DNA of 64,000 bases, taken from IMG/VR virus record IMGVR_UViG_3300049320_000001, positions 17,655 to 81,654 of that record; one strand, given 5' to 3'. Position numbers and translations under genes: made by a program. How positions within the stretch are numbered: position 1 is the first letter of the stretch; the number at the start of each line of letters is the position of its first letter. This document shows positions 37,116-46,841 of this stretch, one piece after another. The DNA is from a virus (lineage: Duplodnaviria; Caudoviricetes). The notes under the pieces were generated by a model. The model had not been told where the DNA came from and ran no database searches. It saw nothing but the letters and a program-made list of their open reading frames with translations.

Positions 37116-37487
37116 CTAGTCCTGCTCGAACAGGCTGTCCAGCAGGCTGACGGGCTTCTCGGCCTTGGCCGCAGCCATGGCCTTCTTCTCGTCGTAGTGC
37201 CGGTAGCAGTTCTTGTCCTTGCAGTCCTGCACGATGGTCCAGGGTCCGCACTTCTCGACCGGGCGGTTCTCCCAGAGGGTGATCTTGTAGTAGTGGTGCG
37301 CCGCGTTGTGGGCGTTGATGGCCTCGATGACCTGGTTGTAGGACTCCAGGGCCTTCGCCTCCTGGATGGCCCGGATTCGAGCCATCTCTGCGCGGTGCTT
37401 GCGGATCTGCTCTCGCTTCTCCGCTCGCTCCTGCTTGATCTCCTTCCGGATCTCACCGGCCGTCTCGATGACGTCCTTGAGTCCCAT
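37116..37487 (-). CDS. Hypothetical protein (coiled coil plus CxxxxC)
   Basis: AAGGAG RBS before MGLKDV; own promoter and terminator. Confidence 0.7.
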   Translation of the reverse strand: MGLKDVIETAGEIRKEIKQERAEKREQIRKHRAEMARIRAIQEAKALESYNQVIEAINAHNAAHHYYKITLWENRPVEKCGPWTIVQDCKDKNCYRHYDEKKAMAAAKAEKPVSLLDSLFEQD

Positions 37488-37529
37488 GTAGATCAACTCC
37501 TTTAGTAGGGTGGTTTCTGATCTACAACT

Positions 37530-37558
37530 AACATAGCAGAATAGTTTACATTTGTCAA
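37530..37558 (-). promoter_or_regulatory. SigA-type promoter TTGACA-17-TATGTT
   Basis: Same -35 and -10 hexamers as the ncRNA promoter. Confidence 0.8.
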
Positions 37559-37926
37559 GTGGTACGGTGGACTTTAGGGAGGGGGCTTGTGGCCCAGGCC
37601 ACACAGGTGTAGACCTGTGGCCTCACAGCACGAAGGGCCTCCCTGGCAGGAGGCCCCTCTACGTGCAACCGCCCTAGGACGAGTAGGACGTAAGAGCATG
37701 ATGCTCATAGACACCAGTTAGGTCAAGACCTTCCGGTGCAGGACCGACACCGATGTCCAGAAGTCGGAACCAGGATTGACGTGGGGAAGCCAACACGCTG
37801 CGTCTCCTGCCATCGCCCAACTGTGTGCCTCTTTCACAGGACAAGGGCACGAACGAAGAGGACCATCAAGATGCTGCTGCTACAGGGGACCGGCTGCTGC
37901 AAGCCACTCCCCAGACTGGGGTACAC

Positions 37927-39207
37927 ATGTCACGTCATCCAGAGGAGATGCTGCTCTCGGCTCTGATCAACACCGGAGACGTACTGCAAGCGGAGAACCT
38001 CGGAGTCACCACAGGTCACTTCCACGAGTGGAAAGAAGCCTACGAGTGGCTCACCGACTACAAGATCAAGTACAAGACAGAACCAAGTAGGACAGCGTTC
38101 CTGTCAGCCTTCAAGGACTTCCCCTTCTCAGACCACGCGGATGTTGAGTACGCCGCAGATCAGGTCAAGAGGAGCCACCTCAAGTACGCCGTCACCCGGC
38201 TGATCCGGGAGACCTCAGGACACATCAAGGACGACGAGCCAGAGACTGCTCTGGACCACCTCCACTCTCAGGCTCAGAAGATCGCTTCCAACATCGACAC
38301 GAGCAACACCGTGGCGAACTCGATCACCGACTACTCCGCTTCCCTGGACTTCGCCCTGGAGAGGGCTGCCTCCGACGTACCTCTCGGTGTCCCCTTCGCA
38401 CACCACACGGTTCAGGAGCGAACCCTGGGGATGTACGGGGGAGACCTCTGGATCAAGGCTGCACGTCTTGGCCAGGGCAAGACCTGGGACCTGGTCAACG
38501 ACTCCTGTGCTGCTCTCATGGCTGGGAAGACCGTGCTGTTCAACTCGCTGGAGATGAACAAGCGGCAGATGGAGTACCGCTTCCAGACCGTGCTGGGTCA
38601 GATGCTCGGTCACAAGTTGACTAACGACCAGATCGCCAAGGGCAGGGGCCTGGACCTGCTGGAGTACAAGGCGATGCTCTCGGACATCTCCTCGCAGGTC
38701 CCTGGAACCCTGCTCATCAACGACCGTCGTCGTGGTCGTGTCACTGCTCGGACCCTCGCTGGTCAGGTGAACAAGCACGTCCCTGACATCGTGGTGATCG
38801 ACTACCTGACGTTGATGAGTTCCTCCTCGACCAACAAGTTCTCGCAGTCGTGGGAGAACATCAGCCAGATCGTGGAGGAAGTGAAGGAAGTCGCCTGTCA
38901 GTTCGACATCCCCATCCTCACTGCTGCCCAGATCAACCGTGACGGTGAGAGGGGTGGGTGGCGTCCTCCCAAGGCTGTGAACCTCGCTGGCTCCGACTCC
39001 CTGGGTCGTGATGCCGACTGCGTGGTGACGATGAAGAGGTTCGGTAACGGAGCAATGGTCTACTCACTGGAGAAGAACCGCCATGGTGCAGCAGGGGATG
39101 TCTGGTTCAGCAGGTTCGATCCCAACAACGGTGACTTCCGTGAGATCACTCGCACAGAAGCGGAAGCGATCCTTGCCGAAGAGGGCGAGTTCGAGGACGA
39201 GGTATGA
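37927..39207 (+). CDS. dnaB: DnaB-like (SF4) replicative helicase
   Basis: AARLGQGKT Walker A, IVVIDYL Walker B, TAAQINR, LAGSDSLGRDAD, KNRHG. Confidence 0.9.
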   Translation: MSRHPEEMLLSALINTGDVLQAENLGVTTGHFHEWKEAYEWLTDYKIKYKTEPSRTAFLSAFKDFPFSDHADVEYAADQVKRSHLKYAVTRLIRETSGHIKDDEPETALDHLHSQAQKIASNIDTSNTVANSITDYSASLDFALERAASDVPLGVPFAHHTVQERTLGMYGGDLWIKAARLGQGKTWDLVNDSCAALMAGKTVLFNSLEMNKRQMEYRFQTVLGQMLGHKLTNDQIAKGRGLDLLEYKAMLSDISSQVPGTLLINDRRRGRVTARTLAGQVNKHVPDIVVIDYLTLMSSSSTNKFSQSWENISQIVEEVKEVACQFDIPILTAAQINRDGERGGWRPPKAVNLAGSDSLGRDADCVVTMKRFGNGAMVYSLEKNRHGAAGDVWFSRFDPNNGDFREITRTEAEAILAEEGEFEDEV

Positions 39208-39502
39208 CGGGCTTGGCTTCCCACTAGAGGAGGTCTACCTCGCCAAGGCGGACGACCAGACCGTCAGGTTGATGGCCCCAGGGTCGTTCCAGAAGTACGC
39301 GGCTTCTCGTGGCCTCACCGGCAAGACCACTGCCGAGTGGTTGGCCATCGAGTGGTACGTCTACGAGTTGGAGACCTTCCAGTCCTGCCTGTCCTACGAC
39401 GAGCGGGTGAAGTGGTTCAACTCCACCAAGTTCATCGCCAGTAACGCTGCTCCCTCAGCCAAGGAGGTCAAGGCATGTCGTGCAATGGATGTGGCTGTTT
39501 GA
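39203..39502 (+). CDS. Hypothetical protein, start uncertain
   Basis: Coding-like frame (DGLGFPLEEVYLAKADD..); the ATG at 39204 is in another frame that closes after 7 codons. Confidence 0.45.
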   Translation, partial: YDGLGFPLEEVYLAKADDQTVRLMAPGSFQKYAASRGLTGKTTAEWLAIEWYVYELETFQSCLSYDERVKWFNSTKFIASNAAPSAKEVKACRAMDVAV

Positions 39503-39636
39503 TCGATGACAAGGAAGAGGCCATCGAGGTCTGCTGCGACAAGATGTACTGCCACGGGTGTGCAGTCCCCTTGACCCCAGCAATGAAGAGGTACGTCGAT
39601 GAGACGTTCACTCCTCTTGCTCTTCCGGGGTTGTGA
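39499..39636 (+). CDS. Small Cys-rich protein (IDDKEEAIEVCCDKMYCHGC..)
   Basis: TTGA and GTGA overlaps with both neighbours; below the ORF track size cut-off. Confidence 0.5.
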   Translation: MIDDKEEAIEVCCDKMYCHGCAVPLTPAMKRYVDETFTPLALPGL

Positions 39637-40499
39637 ACCTCCGTGATGCGATCCGTGACGTTCTCGGAGTCAGAGAAGTCCCTAATGAGGATGAGTGGCC
39701 TTCTCATTGCTTCCACCCTGCTCACAAGGATCGCAGTCCATCTGCATCAGTCAACGTCGAGAAGGGACTCTGGTGCTGCTACTCCTGCGGTGCCGGAGGG
39801 CGTGTTGACGATCTGCTGCGAGGAGTGCGGATCAGTGACCCATCTCCTGATCGAAACCTAGAGGCTGTCGAGGAGGCACTCAGTGGAACTTTGCCACCAC
39901 GGATCTTCCCAGAGTCATGGCTTGGGTTGTACCTGGCTGGAGATCGACCGACTTACTGGCGATCACGCTTCAGTGACGCTGCGATTGACCACTTTGGCCT
40001 CGGCTTCGACTACGAGAGCGGATGCCCTACTTACCCGCTACGCAACGAAGATGGCGCACTCATTGGCCTTGTCCGCCGTCGTCTCGAACCTGATGGACCA
40101 AAGTACGTCTACCCCCAACACATCAAGATCAGCGAACTTCTCTTCGGATGGGAGAAGTGGAACGACGACTTCGATGGACCCGTCGTTCTCGTTGAGGGAG
40201 CCATGGACGTCGTCGCGCTCTGGGAGGCAGGGGTCCCTGCACTCGGGATCTACGGCTCTCGGTTCTCTGAGCGGCAGGGCAAGATGGTGCGCTCTCTCTA
40301 CCCCAAGTACGTCGTCTGCGCCTTCGACATGGACGCTGCCGGGGACCAGGCCACCAAGCGGGTCTACGACCTCGTAGGGGACTACGTGACGGTCTACCGG
40401 GCCTCCTGGGACCCTGACGAAGCCAAGGATGTCGCGGAACTGTCGGAGGCACGGCGTAGACAGGTGATCGAAGAAGCGACACTCTTCCTGGACTCTTGA
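39633..40499 (+). CDS. DNA primase (CHC2 Zn finger plus TOPRIM)
   Basis: HCFHPAHKDRSPS..WCCYSCG; VLVEGAMDV; AFDMDAAG. Confidence 0.9.
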   Translation: MNLRDAIRDVLGVREVPNEDEWPSHCFHPAHKDRSPSASVNVEKGLWCCYSCGAGGRVDDLLRGVRISDPSPDRNLEAVEEALSGTLPPRIFPESWLGLYLAGDRPTYWRSRFSDAAIDHFGLGFDYESGCPTYPLRNEDGALIGLVRRRLEPDGPKYVYPQHIKISELLFGWEKWNDDFDGPVVLVEGAMDVVALWEAGVPALGIYGSRFSERQGKMVRSLYPKYVVCAFDMDAAGDQATKRVYDLVGDYVTVYRASWDPDEAKDVAELSEARRRQVIEEATLFLDS

Positions 40500-40562
40500 C
40501 GAGTGGCTCGGGTGGACGTAGGTTGAGCAGGTGGCAGTCAGTGCAGCAGACAGGAGCGGCTA

Positions 40563-40982
40563 GTGCTCAAGATCGTCAAGGACCAGGGCGTGGACACCCA
40601 CAACCTGGACTGGGAGATCATGCAACTTCACGTGTTGAAGGAGCAGGCACTAGCCGCTTCTACTGCTGTTCAGCAGCAGGAAGAGAAGGTCATCGACCTG
40701 CTGCGCCTTGAGGGCAAGAAGACCTACAAGGCACGTGCGGTCAACTACCGGGCCACGCTGGTGCAGGGAACGCGCACCAAGTACAACGAGGCCGGTCTCA
40801 AGAAGGCTCTCGGCGCGCCGCTGTGGAAGAAGGTCATCAAGACCTCGCTCGACACCAAGAAGTTGGAAGAGTTGGTGAAGGACGGGGAGATCGACATCCA
40901 CGTGGTGGCTGAGAACAGCGAGGTGCTCGACAACAAGCCCTACGTGAGGGTGTCTCCTCTTACCGAGGACGACGATGAGTAG
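40563..40982 (+). CDS. Hypothetical replication-module protein
   Basis: Helical and basic with an acidic tail; coding-like codon usage. Confidence 0.55.
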   Translation: MLKIVKDQGVDTHNLDWEIMQLHVLKEQALAASTAVQQQEEKVIDLLRLEGKKTYKARAVNYRATLVQGTRTKYNEAGLKKALGAPLWKKVIKTSLDTKKLEELVKDGEIDIHVVAENSEVLDNKPYVRVSPLTEDDDE

Positions 40983-41268
40983 GGAGTCCAGCGCCCGTTC
41001 CAGTGCTGTCTATCGGGAGAGGCGGCCTGACTTCTACGTCAAGCATGTCGAAGATGTGCGGAAGTGGCGACAGAACAACCCAGATAAGTACAAGGCACAC
41101 ATCACTCTGAACAACGCAGTGAGGAGTGGAAAGGTCGTGAAGCCAACTTGTTGTAGTAAGTGCAACAAGGAAGGTCGGATCGAGGGAAGTCACGACGACT
41201 ACAACAAGCCTCTTGAAGTTGAGTGGCTCTGCCGTCAGTGCCACGCGGCTAAGGACTTCCCGGCATGA
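40975..41268 (+). CDS. HNH-like small nuclease / Zn-finger protein
   Basis: CSKC..HDDYNKPLEVEWLCRQCH. Confidence 0.65.
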   Translation: MSRESSARSSAVYRERRPDFYVKHVEDVRKWRQNNPDKYKAHITLNNAVRSGKVVKPTCCSKCNKEGRIEGSHDDYNKPLEVEWLCRQCHAAKDFPA

Positions 41269-41675
41269 GTGACCTGTTTGCCGATGCTGCTGCATCCCTG
41301 ACAGATCTACTCAAGGAGATGAAGGGCGTGAAGCCCACGTTCAAGGAGCCGCTGCTCACGCAGCCCAAGCCAGAACGGGTACCGGTGAAGCACGTGAAGA
41401 AGGAAGAGACTCCCAAGAAGGAGTCCCCCGTGATGACGTACGTGCGATCCCTGCCCGGAGGCCCCTACAAGACGGCCATCGAGGTCGCCAACGAACTCAA
41501 CATCTCGGTCCAGGCAGTGCGTAAGTACGCCAAGAACCCCGAGTTGAGCGCCCCATCCTTCACGGCCCCGTTCGGTCGGATCAGCATCCACTTGTACACC
41601 GATGAGGACGTGAAGGAGATCCATGACTACCTCGCCGCTCGGCGTCAGGTAGTTCCCACCAAGAAGACGCTCTAG
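41265..41675 (+). CDS. HTH DNA-binding protein
   Basis: TAIEVANELNISVQAVRKY..LYTDEDV (MerR-like winged HTH). Confidence 0.7.
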   Translation: MSDLFADAAASLTDLLKEMKGVKPTFKEPLLTQPKPERVPVKHVKKEETPKKESPVMTYVRSLPGGPYKTAIEVANELNISVQAVRKYAKNPELSAPSFTAPFGRISIHLYTDEDVKEIHDYLAARRQVVPTKKTL

Positions 41676-41686
41676 GAGCAACGCAC

Positions 41687-42298
41687 ATGGGATTCAGCGA
41701 AGACGCAGGCAGCAACATCCGCGAGGACATCAAGCGGTCCAGTGGTCAGGGTGACTGGATCAAGAACCTCCAGGATGGCAAGGACTTGAGGGTGCGCTTC
41801 CTCAAGGACCCGGAGCAGTGGAAGAAGTACCGCGAGCACTACAGCGCGGAGACGAAGTTCTTCCCCTGCTCGGGAGACAAGTGCCCTGGGTGCAACTCGG
41901 ACTCTGAGCAGTTGCGGAAGTCCTCCCGCCGCTACGTGGCCACTGTGCTGGATGTGAAGGAGGCCAAGGTCATCGCGCTCAAGTTGCCCGTCGATCTGGC
42001 CAACCGCCTCATCGGCAAGGCTGACCGCAACGGCGGCACCCTCCTCACCAGGGACTATACCCTGATCCGCACCGGCAAGGGGCTGGACACGGTGTACGAC
42101 GTGGAGCAGGAGGACAAGACCGAGGTGGACGTGACCCGCTACCTCGCGGATGCTCCTGACATCGAGGAGATGCTGGTGCAGGCCTACGAGGACGCCTTCG
42201 GGCCGACCAAGTGGGAACTGCCTCAGCCCCCTGTTCCTGTCGTGACCAGCGATGACACCCAGGACCACAAGGGCTGGAGCAATCAGCCGTCTTTCTAG
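41687..42298 (+). CDS. Single-stranded DNA-binding protein (gp32-like, Zn-binding)
   Basis: RVRFL..YREHY..FPCSGDKCPGC..SRRY..VLD..RDYTLIRTGKG..Y pattern. Confidence 0.7.
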   Translation: MGFSEDAGSNIREDIKRSSGQGDWIKNLQDGKDLRVRFLKDPEQWKKYREHYSAETKFFPCSGDKCPGCNSDSEQLRKSSRRYVATVLDVKEAKVIALKLPVDLANRLIGKADRNGGTLLTRDYTLIRTGKGLDTVYDVEQEDKTEVDVTRYLADAPDIEEMLVQAYEDAFGPTKWELPQPPVPVVTSDDTQDHKGWSNQPSF

Positions 42299-42309
42299 GA
42301 GGCCAGGAG

Positions 42310-42525
42310 GTGTCGAGTGGGCCAGTAACCATGGCCCCACCTTCTGGCGACGAGGCGCAGGCTTCTCCTCCTAGCGAAGAGGTCATCTCGGAGGAGACTC
42401 TCCGTGCCATGACCTCAGAGCAACTGCGTGACCTGTGCTCCAAGAACGGCGTCACCATCCCTGCTGAGGTGACAGACAAGGATCTGCTGGACTGGCTGCT
42501 GGCCGAGTTCGGCGTATCCGAATGA
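42310..42525 (+). CDS. Small protein with HeH/Rho_N-like helix pair
   Basis: LRAMTSEQLRDLCSKNGV..KDLLDWLL. Confidence 0.55.
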   Translation: MSSGPVTMAPPSGDEAQASPPSEEVISEETLRAMTSEQLRDLCSKNGVTIPAEVTDKDLLDWLLAEFGVSE

Positions 42526-42842
42526 TCATTCTGACAACACGCTTCATCAACAAGGTGGAGTTCACAGACACCTGTTGGATCTGGAAGGGTGCTGTCAGGG
42601 GATCGAAGATGAAGCACGGAGTGCTGCGGCGGAACAAGATCTACTACGCAGCGCACAGGTGGGTGTACCTCCGTACTCGTGGCCCCATCCCAGACGGGTT
42701 GGTTGTCAGGCATAAGTGCGATGTACCTGTGTGTGTGAACCCGCAGCATCTGGAGTTGGGGACTCAGAAAGACAACATCCATGACATGTGGACACGTGGA
42801 CGCGCCGCACCATACGGACGGCGCGGTCTGAGTCTCAAGTAG
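42522..42842 (+). CDS. HNH endonuclease
   Basis: CWIWKG..AHR..VRHKCDVPVCVNPQHL..GTQKDNIHD. Confidence 0.85.
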   Translation: MIILTTRFINKVEFTDTCWIWKGAVRGSKMKHGVLRRNKIYYAAHRWVYLRTRGPIPDGLVVRHKCDVPVCVNPQHLELGTQKDNIHDMWTRGRAAPYGRRGLSLK

Positions 42843-42926
42843 GAGTCCCGGACGACCGGGGGTGGAACCTTGGTCCATGGGATAGGGACAGGCGAGACGG
42901 TAGGGGAAGCCGGAGTCTGTCCCGCT

Positions 42927-43008
42927 GGTCGAGTGGTGGAACTGGTAGACACACAGCACTCAAACTGCTGCGCCGCAAGGCGTGAGGGTTCGACTCCCTC
43001 CTCGACCA
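42927..43008 (+). tRNA. tRNA-Leu (anticodon CAA), CCA not encoded
   Basis: Acceptor GGTCGAG/CTCGACC+A, D-loop GGAACTGGTAGAC, anticodon arm CAGCA-CTCAAAC-TGCTG, long variable arm, GGTTCGACTCC T-arm. Confidence 0.92.
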
Positions 43009-43009
43009 C

Positions 43010-45718
43010 GTGAAGATCATCAGAAGCCCCAGGGGCATCGTGCTACCGAAGAGAACAGAGTCCAACTTCTTCCACGTTCACGCACACTCGCGCTACTCGT
43101 GGAACGACGCCTTGCCTGAGGTCAAGGACATGGTCTCAACCGTGTCTGCGATGGGGCACAAGGCCCTCGCACTGACAGACCACGGCAACATGGCTGGGTC
43201 GGTGCAGTTGTACAAGGAGTGCATGAAGGCTGGACTCATGCCCTTCCCTGGCACAGAGGCCTACTTCGTCAAGGACCGCCAGGACAAGACTGCGAAGCGC
43301 TTCCATCTAGGCCTCCTGGCCGTCAACGCCGATGGTTACCGTGCGCTGGCCAGGTTGTCCAGCAGATCGCACACCAGGGAGAACTTCCATCACAAGCCGT
43401 TGATCGACTGGACGGACCTTGCTGAATGGAAGGAGAACGGCTGGACGACCGGCCTTGCTCTGACGTCTGGCTGCTACTTCGGCCTGACGATCCAGACTCT
43501 CATCAGCGATGGTCCAGAGGCGGCGAAGAGCGTCCTCCAGCGGTTTGCCTGGTTGGTTCCCAACACCTTCGTGGAGTTGCAGAACCACAAGATCGATCAG
43601 AAGCCGGTCAGTGAAGACGACATCGCAGCCGCACTTGTCCACCTGGCAGACGAACTCGGCCTGCCCGTCGTCATCGCCCAGGACGCCCACTACTGCGAAG
43701 CCTCGGACAAGCCGGTGCACGAAACCCTGAAGCGCGTAGTCGCCTTCGGACCTGACACGGATGACGCGGTGTTCCCAGGTGATGGATTCCACCTGGCGGA
43801 AGCCCAGTGGGTCGCTGCCCACCACCAGGATGGGCACTGGGCTAAAGCGGAAGAGGGTTGGGGACATCTGCTGGACCTTCACGCACTGTCCATCCCCGAG
43901 TTGGACAGGTACACGTACAACATCCCGAAGGTAGCGGAGGACCCGGATGCTGTCCTGGAAGGGCGTTGTCGCCAGGCGCTCAACGAGCGAACACTTCCGA
44001 CGCCTTACGCAGATCGTCTACATAGCGAACTGTCCATCGTGCGCGACACGGGGATGGCGGGATACCTACTTCTGGTCGCTGAAGTCACGGACTGGTGTGC
44101 AGCACATGGCGTGTTCACACAGGCTCGTGGAAGCGCTAGCGGATCAGTCATCTGCTGGCTTCTCGGAATCACCCAATGTGACCCTATTCGCTACAACCTA
44201 CGGTTTGAACGGTTCATCTCCCGCGACCGCACAAAGCCTCCTGACATTGATCTGGATGTCGAGGATTCACGACGACAGGACCTCATTGACTGGCTGAAGA
44301 CCAGGTTCTCTGTGGTGCAGATCGGTACTTTCCTCACCTACGGCATCAATGACGACGAGAAGACCCCTGAGGATGACAAGGGCAAGGGCTCGCTCATCGT
44401 GGCCTTCAAGAAGGTGGCCAAGAAGAACGGGGCCTCGAAGGAGGAGTTGGACGCCATCGAGACCATCAGGGACATCCCTGATGAGTGGCGTGATCGCCTC
44501 ATGGCCCTCGCGGACCGAGGAGTGTGCAAGGCAGTAGGCACTCACGCTGGTGGCCTCATCGTCACCACCACGGACGACGAGATGGACGACCTGGTCCCCA
44601 AGATGCTCATCGTCACCAAGAACGAGGCTGGCTACCGCATTGTGAGCCAGTACACGATGGACGATGTGGAGGCGTTGGGCCTTGTCAAACTGGACGTACT
44701 TGGACTTCGTACCTTGTCCCTTCTGCGGCGCTGTACTGAACTTCTGGGAAGAGACGTCCGAGACGGGCTCGACTGGATTCCACTCGATGACACCCGGACA
44801 TTCACTACGATCCGGAACGGTGCCACGGCTGGAGTGTTCCAACTGGAGGGTGGTACAGCCCAGCGTGGTTGCCGTGAGGTGAAGGTGAGGTCCCTCAAGG
44901 ACATCATCGTCATCCAGGCTCTCTACCGTCCCGCTGTGATGAAGAGCGGCGGCAAGGACGCCTACATCGCTCGGCGTGAAGGCCGCGAGAAGGCCCCTGA
45001 GTACCACCCCTTGATCATGCGTAGCGTCAAGGAGACCTTCGGGGTGATCATCTTCCAGGAGCAGGTCATCTCGATCCTCAGGGACCTGGGCATGGACCCC
45101 GACGAACTCACTGACTTCCTCAAGGCAATCAAGGCCTCCCAGAAGGCAGACATGAAGAAGGCTGCCGTCACAATGGAGGCAGCCAGGGAGCGAGTCTGGG
45201 AGTTGTGCGAGAAGCATGGCATCGGGGCTGAGGACTACGCCCTCGTCTGGAAGGCCATCGAGGGCTTCGCGGAGTACGGCTTCAACCGCGCTCACGCCAC
45301 TGCGTACGGCATCACCGCCTACCGCTGTGCCTACCTCAAGACCCACTACCCGTTGGAGTTCGCCACTGCGTTGCTCCAGACGGCTGAGGGCACCAAGAAG
45401 GAGGCCATGTACATCTCAGCGGTGCGGCAGATGGGCATCTCCATCCGCAGGCCGCACGTCAACATCAGCGGCAAGTCCTACTCCATCGACCGCAAGGCAC
45501 GGAGCGTGAGGAAGGGCCTGGTGTCCATCCTGGGGATCGGTGAGCGCACCTCTGAGGAGTTGGAGGAGCACGCTCCCTACACCTCTGTTCAGGACATCAT
45601 CGACCGCTGCTCTGCCACCAGGGTGAACGGTGGGAAGAAATGGGCCAAGGACAAGTCCCTCAACGGCCACCTGGCCAAGTTGAAGGACATCGGAGCACTG
45701 GAGGGCCTTGATGGATGA
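43010..45718 (+). CDS. dnaE: DNA polymerase III alpha subunit (DnaE-like)
   Basis: PHP motifs HVHAHSRYS, ALTDHGN, QDAHY; RGSASGS; PDIDLD; THAGG; KLDVLGL; FAEYGFNRAHA. Confidence 0.95.
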   Translation: MKIIRSPRGIVLPKRTESNFFHVHAHSRYSWNDALPEVKDMVSTVSAMGHKALALTDHGNMAGSVQLYKECMKAGLMPFPGTEAYFVKDRQDKTAKRFHLGLLAVNADGYRALARLSSRSHTRENFHHKPLIDWTDLAEWKENGWTTGLALTSGCYFGLTIQTLISDGPEAAKSVLQRFAWLVPNTFVELQNHKIDQKPVSEDDIAAALVHLADELGLPVVIAQDAHYCEASDKPVHETLKRVVAFGPDTDDAVFPGDGFHLAEAQWVAAHHQDGHWAKAEEGWGHLLDLHALSIPELDRYTYNIPKVAEDPDAVLEGRCRQALNERTLPTPYADRLHSELSIVRDTGMAGYLLLVAEVTDWCAAHGVFTQARGSASGSVICWLLGITQCDPIRYNLRFERFISRDRTKPPDIDLDVEDSRRQDLIDWLKTRFSVVQIGTFLTYGINDDEKTPEDDKGKGSLIVAFKKVAKKNGASKEELDAIETIRDIPDEWRDRLMALADRGVCKAVGTHAGGLIVTTTDDEMDDLVPKMLIVTKNEAGYRIVSQYTMDDVEALGLVKLDVLGLRTLSLLRRCTELLGRDVRDGLDWIPLDDTRTFTTIRNGATAGVFQLEGGTAQRGCREVKVRSLKDIIVIQALYRPAVMKSGGKDAYIARREGREKAPEYHPLIMRSVKETFGVIIFQEQVISILRDLGMDPDELTDFLKAIKASQKADMKKAAVTMEAARERVWELCEKHGIGAEDYALVWKAIEGFAEYGFNRAHATAYGITAYRCAYLKTHYPLEFATALLQTAEGTKKEAMYISAVRQMGISIRRPHVNISGKSYSIDRKARSVRKGLVSILGIGERTSEELEEHAPYTSVQDIIDRCSATRVNGGKKWAKDKSLNGHLAKLKDIGALEGLDG

Positions 45719-45950
45719 GAAGCCTTGCTCACACGACTTCCATGATGGTCGTGGCAAGAACCGTGTAGGACGCGACTCCGGTACGGAGTTGGGTCGGTGG
45801 GAGCCGTGTCTCAAGAAGTCGCCTACGAGGACCCTGTGCCGCTCTGGGGTGATGCCCGGAGAGTCCGTGGGGAGCGCCAGCGTTTGCCCTTCCGCGACGG
45901 ACACCAGCCTGCCGTCCCAGAACGACCAACAGAGGAGATCTGATGACTGA
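45708..45950 (+). CDS. Small Cys-containing protein (KSPTRT..NDQQ)
   Basis: Overlaps neighbours; carries variants of both KSPS-family DNA motifs. Confidence 0.45.
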   Translation: MMDEKPCSHDFHDGRGKNRVGRDSGTELGRWEPCLKKSPTRTLCRSGVMPGESVGSASVCPSATDTSLPSQNDQQRRSDD

Positions 45951-46332
45951 ACCTTCCGAGATCGTTGACGGACGGGGTGGAGGACATCGCTGGGAGGGTC
46001 ATGCCTACAGCGATGACGAGGGCGCCTGGCGTTGTGGTTGTGGTGCGTATTGCGACCACCAGCGTCCCTGTGGGCGACACGGATCATGTGATGGCTCCTA
46101 CGTCGTCAAACTGACTGCTTACGAGCGTGACAACCTGCTCCACGCGCTCTACGCGGCCAGCGGTCACGGGCGCATTCGGTCTCCGCTCTACGTCCTCAAC
46201 AACGGCGACTGGCTCATGCAGGTCCTCAACAAGATCGGCCTGCGCGGGGACAATCAGATGCACTGGGGGCAGCCCAACGCCACTCACGATGCACTCGCTG
46301 AGAGGGCTAACCACATGAAGCCTGATGTCTAG
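45943..46332 (+). CDS. Hypothetical protein, Cys/His-rich N-terminus
   Basis: GAGGAG RBS. Confidence 0.55.
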   Translation: MTEPSEIVDGRGGGHRWEGHAYSDDEGAWRCGCGAYCDHQRPCGRHGSCDGSYVVKLTAYERDNLLHALYAASGHGRIRSPLYVLNNGDWLMQVLNKIGLRGDNQMHWGQPNATHDALAERANHMKPDV

Positions 46333-46525
46333 GTTCGACTGCGCCGAGGGGATGGACAAGGCCCATGCCCACGAGCCTGACAAGAACCGAACGCTGTGTG
46401 GCCAGGTCTTCATCAAGTCCACCGGCATGGAGTGGTTCTCCGAGGAGGAGATCGCCCTCATCCCTGGTCGTCCATGCAAGAAGTGCATCGAGTTGGTGAG
46501 GAAGCATGAACGAACAACTGCGTAG
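46325..46525 (+). CDS. Small Zn-binding protein
   Basis: AH..TLCG..CKKC. Confidence 0.55.
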   Translation: MSRFDCAEGMDKAHAHEPDKNRTLCGQVFIKSTGMEWFSEEEIALIPGRPCKKCIELVRKHERTTA

Positions 46526-46841
46526 GAAGGTCATCAAGAGATCTCGTGGCATGTGCGAGATGATGATCGACTACGGCACAGGCCTGGGAGCACACAGGTG
46601 CAACAACGTGGCCTCAGACATCCACCACATGCTCACCAAGGGGCGCGGAGGGGCGGCACTAGACCGTGTACACGAGACATACCACCTTCTCCACCTATGT
46701 CGATCCTGTCACCAAGCGTCTGACGGTGCTGAGGCGTACGAAGGTGGCTTCCTCATCGAAGGCTCAGCGATCTGGGACACGCTCCATCAGCGTCCCCGCT
46801 ACACGGGACCAGACGAGTACCTCACCAAGGAGTACGGATGA
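46506..46841 (+). CDS. HNH-like nuclease
   Basis: RSRGMCE..C..DIHH..RG..LLHLCRSCH. Confidence 0.7.
   Translation: MNEQLRRKVIKRSRGMCEMMIDYGTGLGAHRCNNVASDIHHMLTKGRGGAALDRVHETYHLLHLCRSCHQASDGAEAYEGGFLIEGSAIWDTLHQRPRYTGPDEYLTKEYG

Noticed and set aside
42927-43008. tRNA as an attP or integration target
   Set aside because: No integrase in the window, the tRNA is complete, and no duplicated 3' fragment was noticed.
43010-45718. Intein or intron in dnaE (also checked helicase and terL)
   Set aside because: Motif spacing and lengths look uninterrupted; no C-terminal HN/C-S-T junction or LAGLIDADG block noticed.
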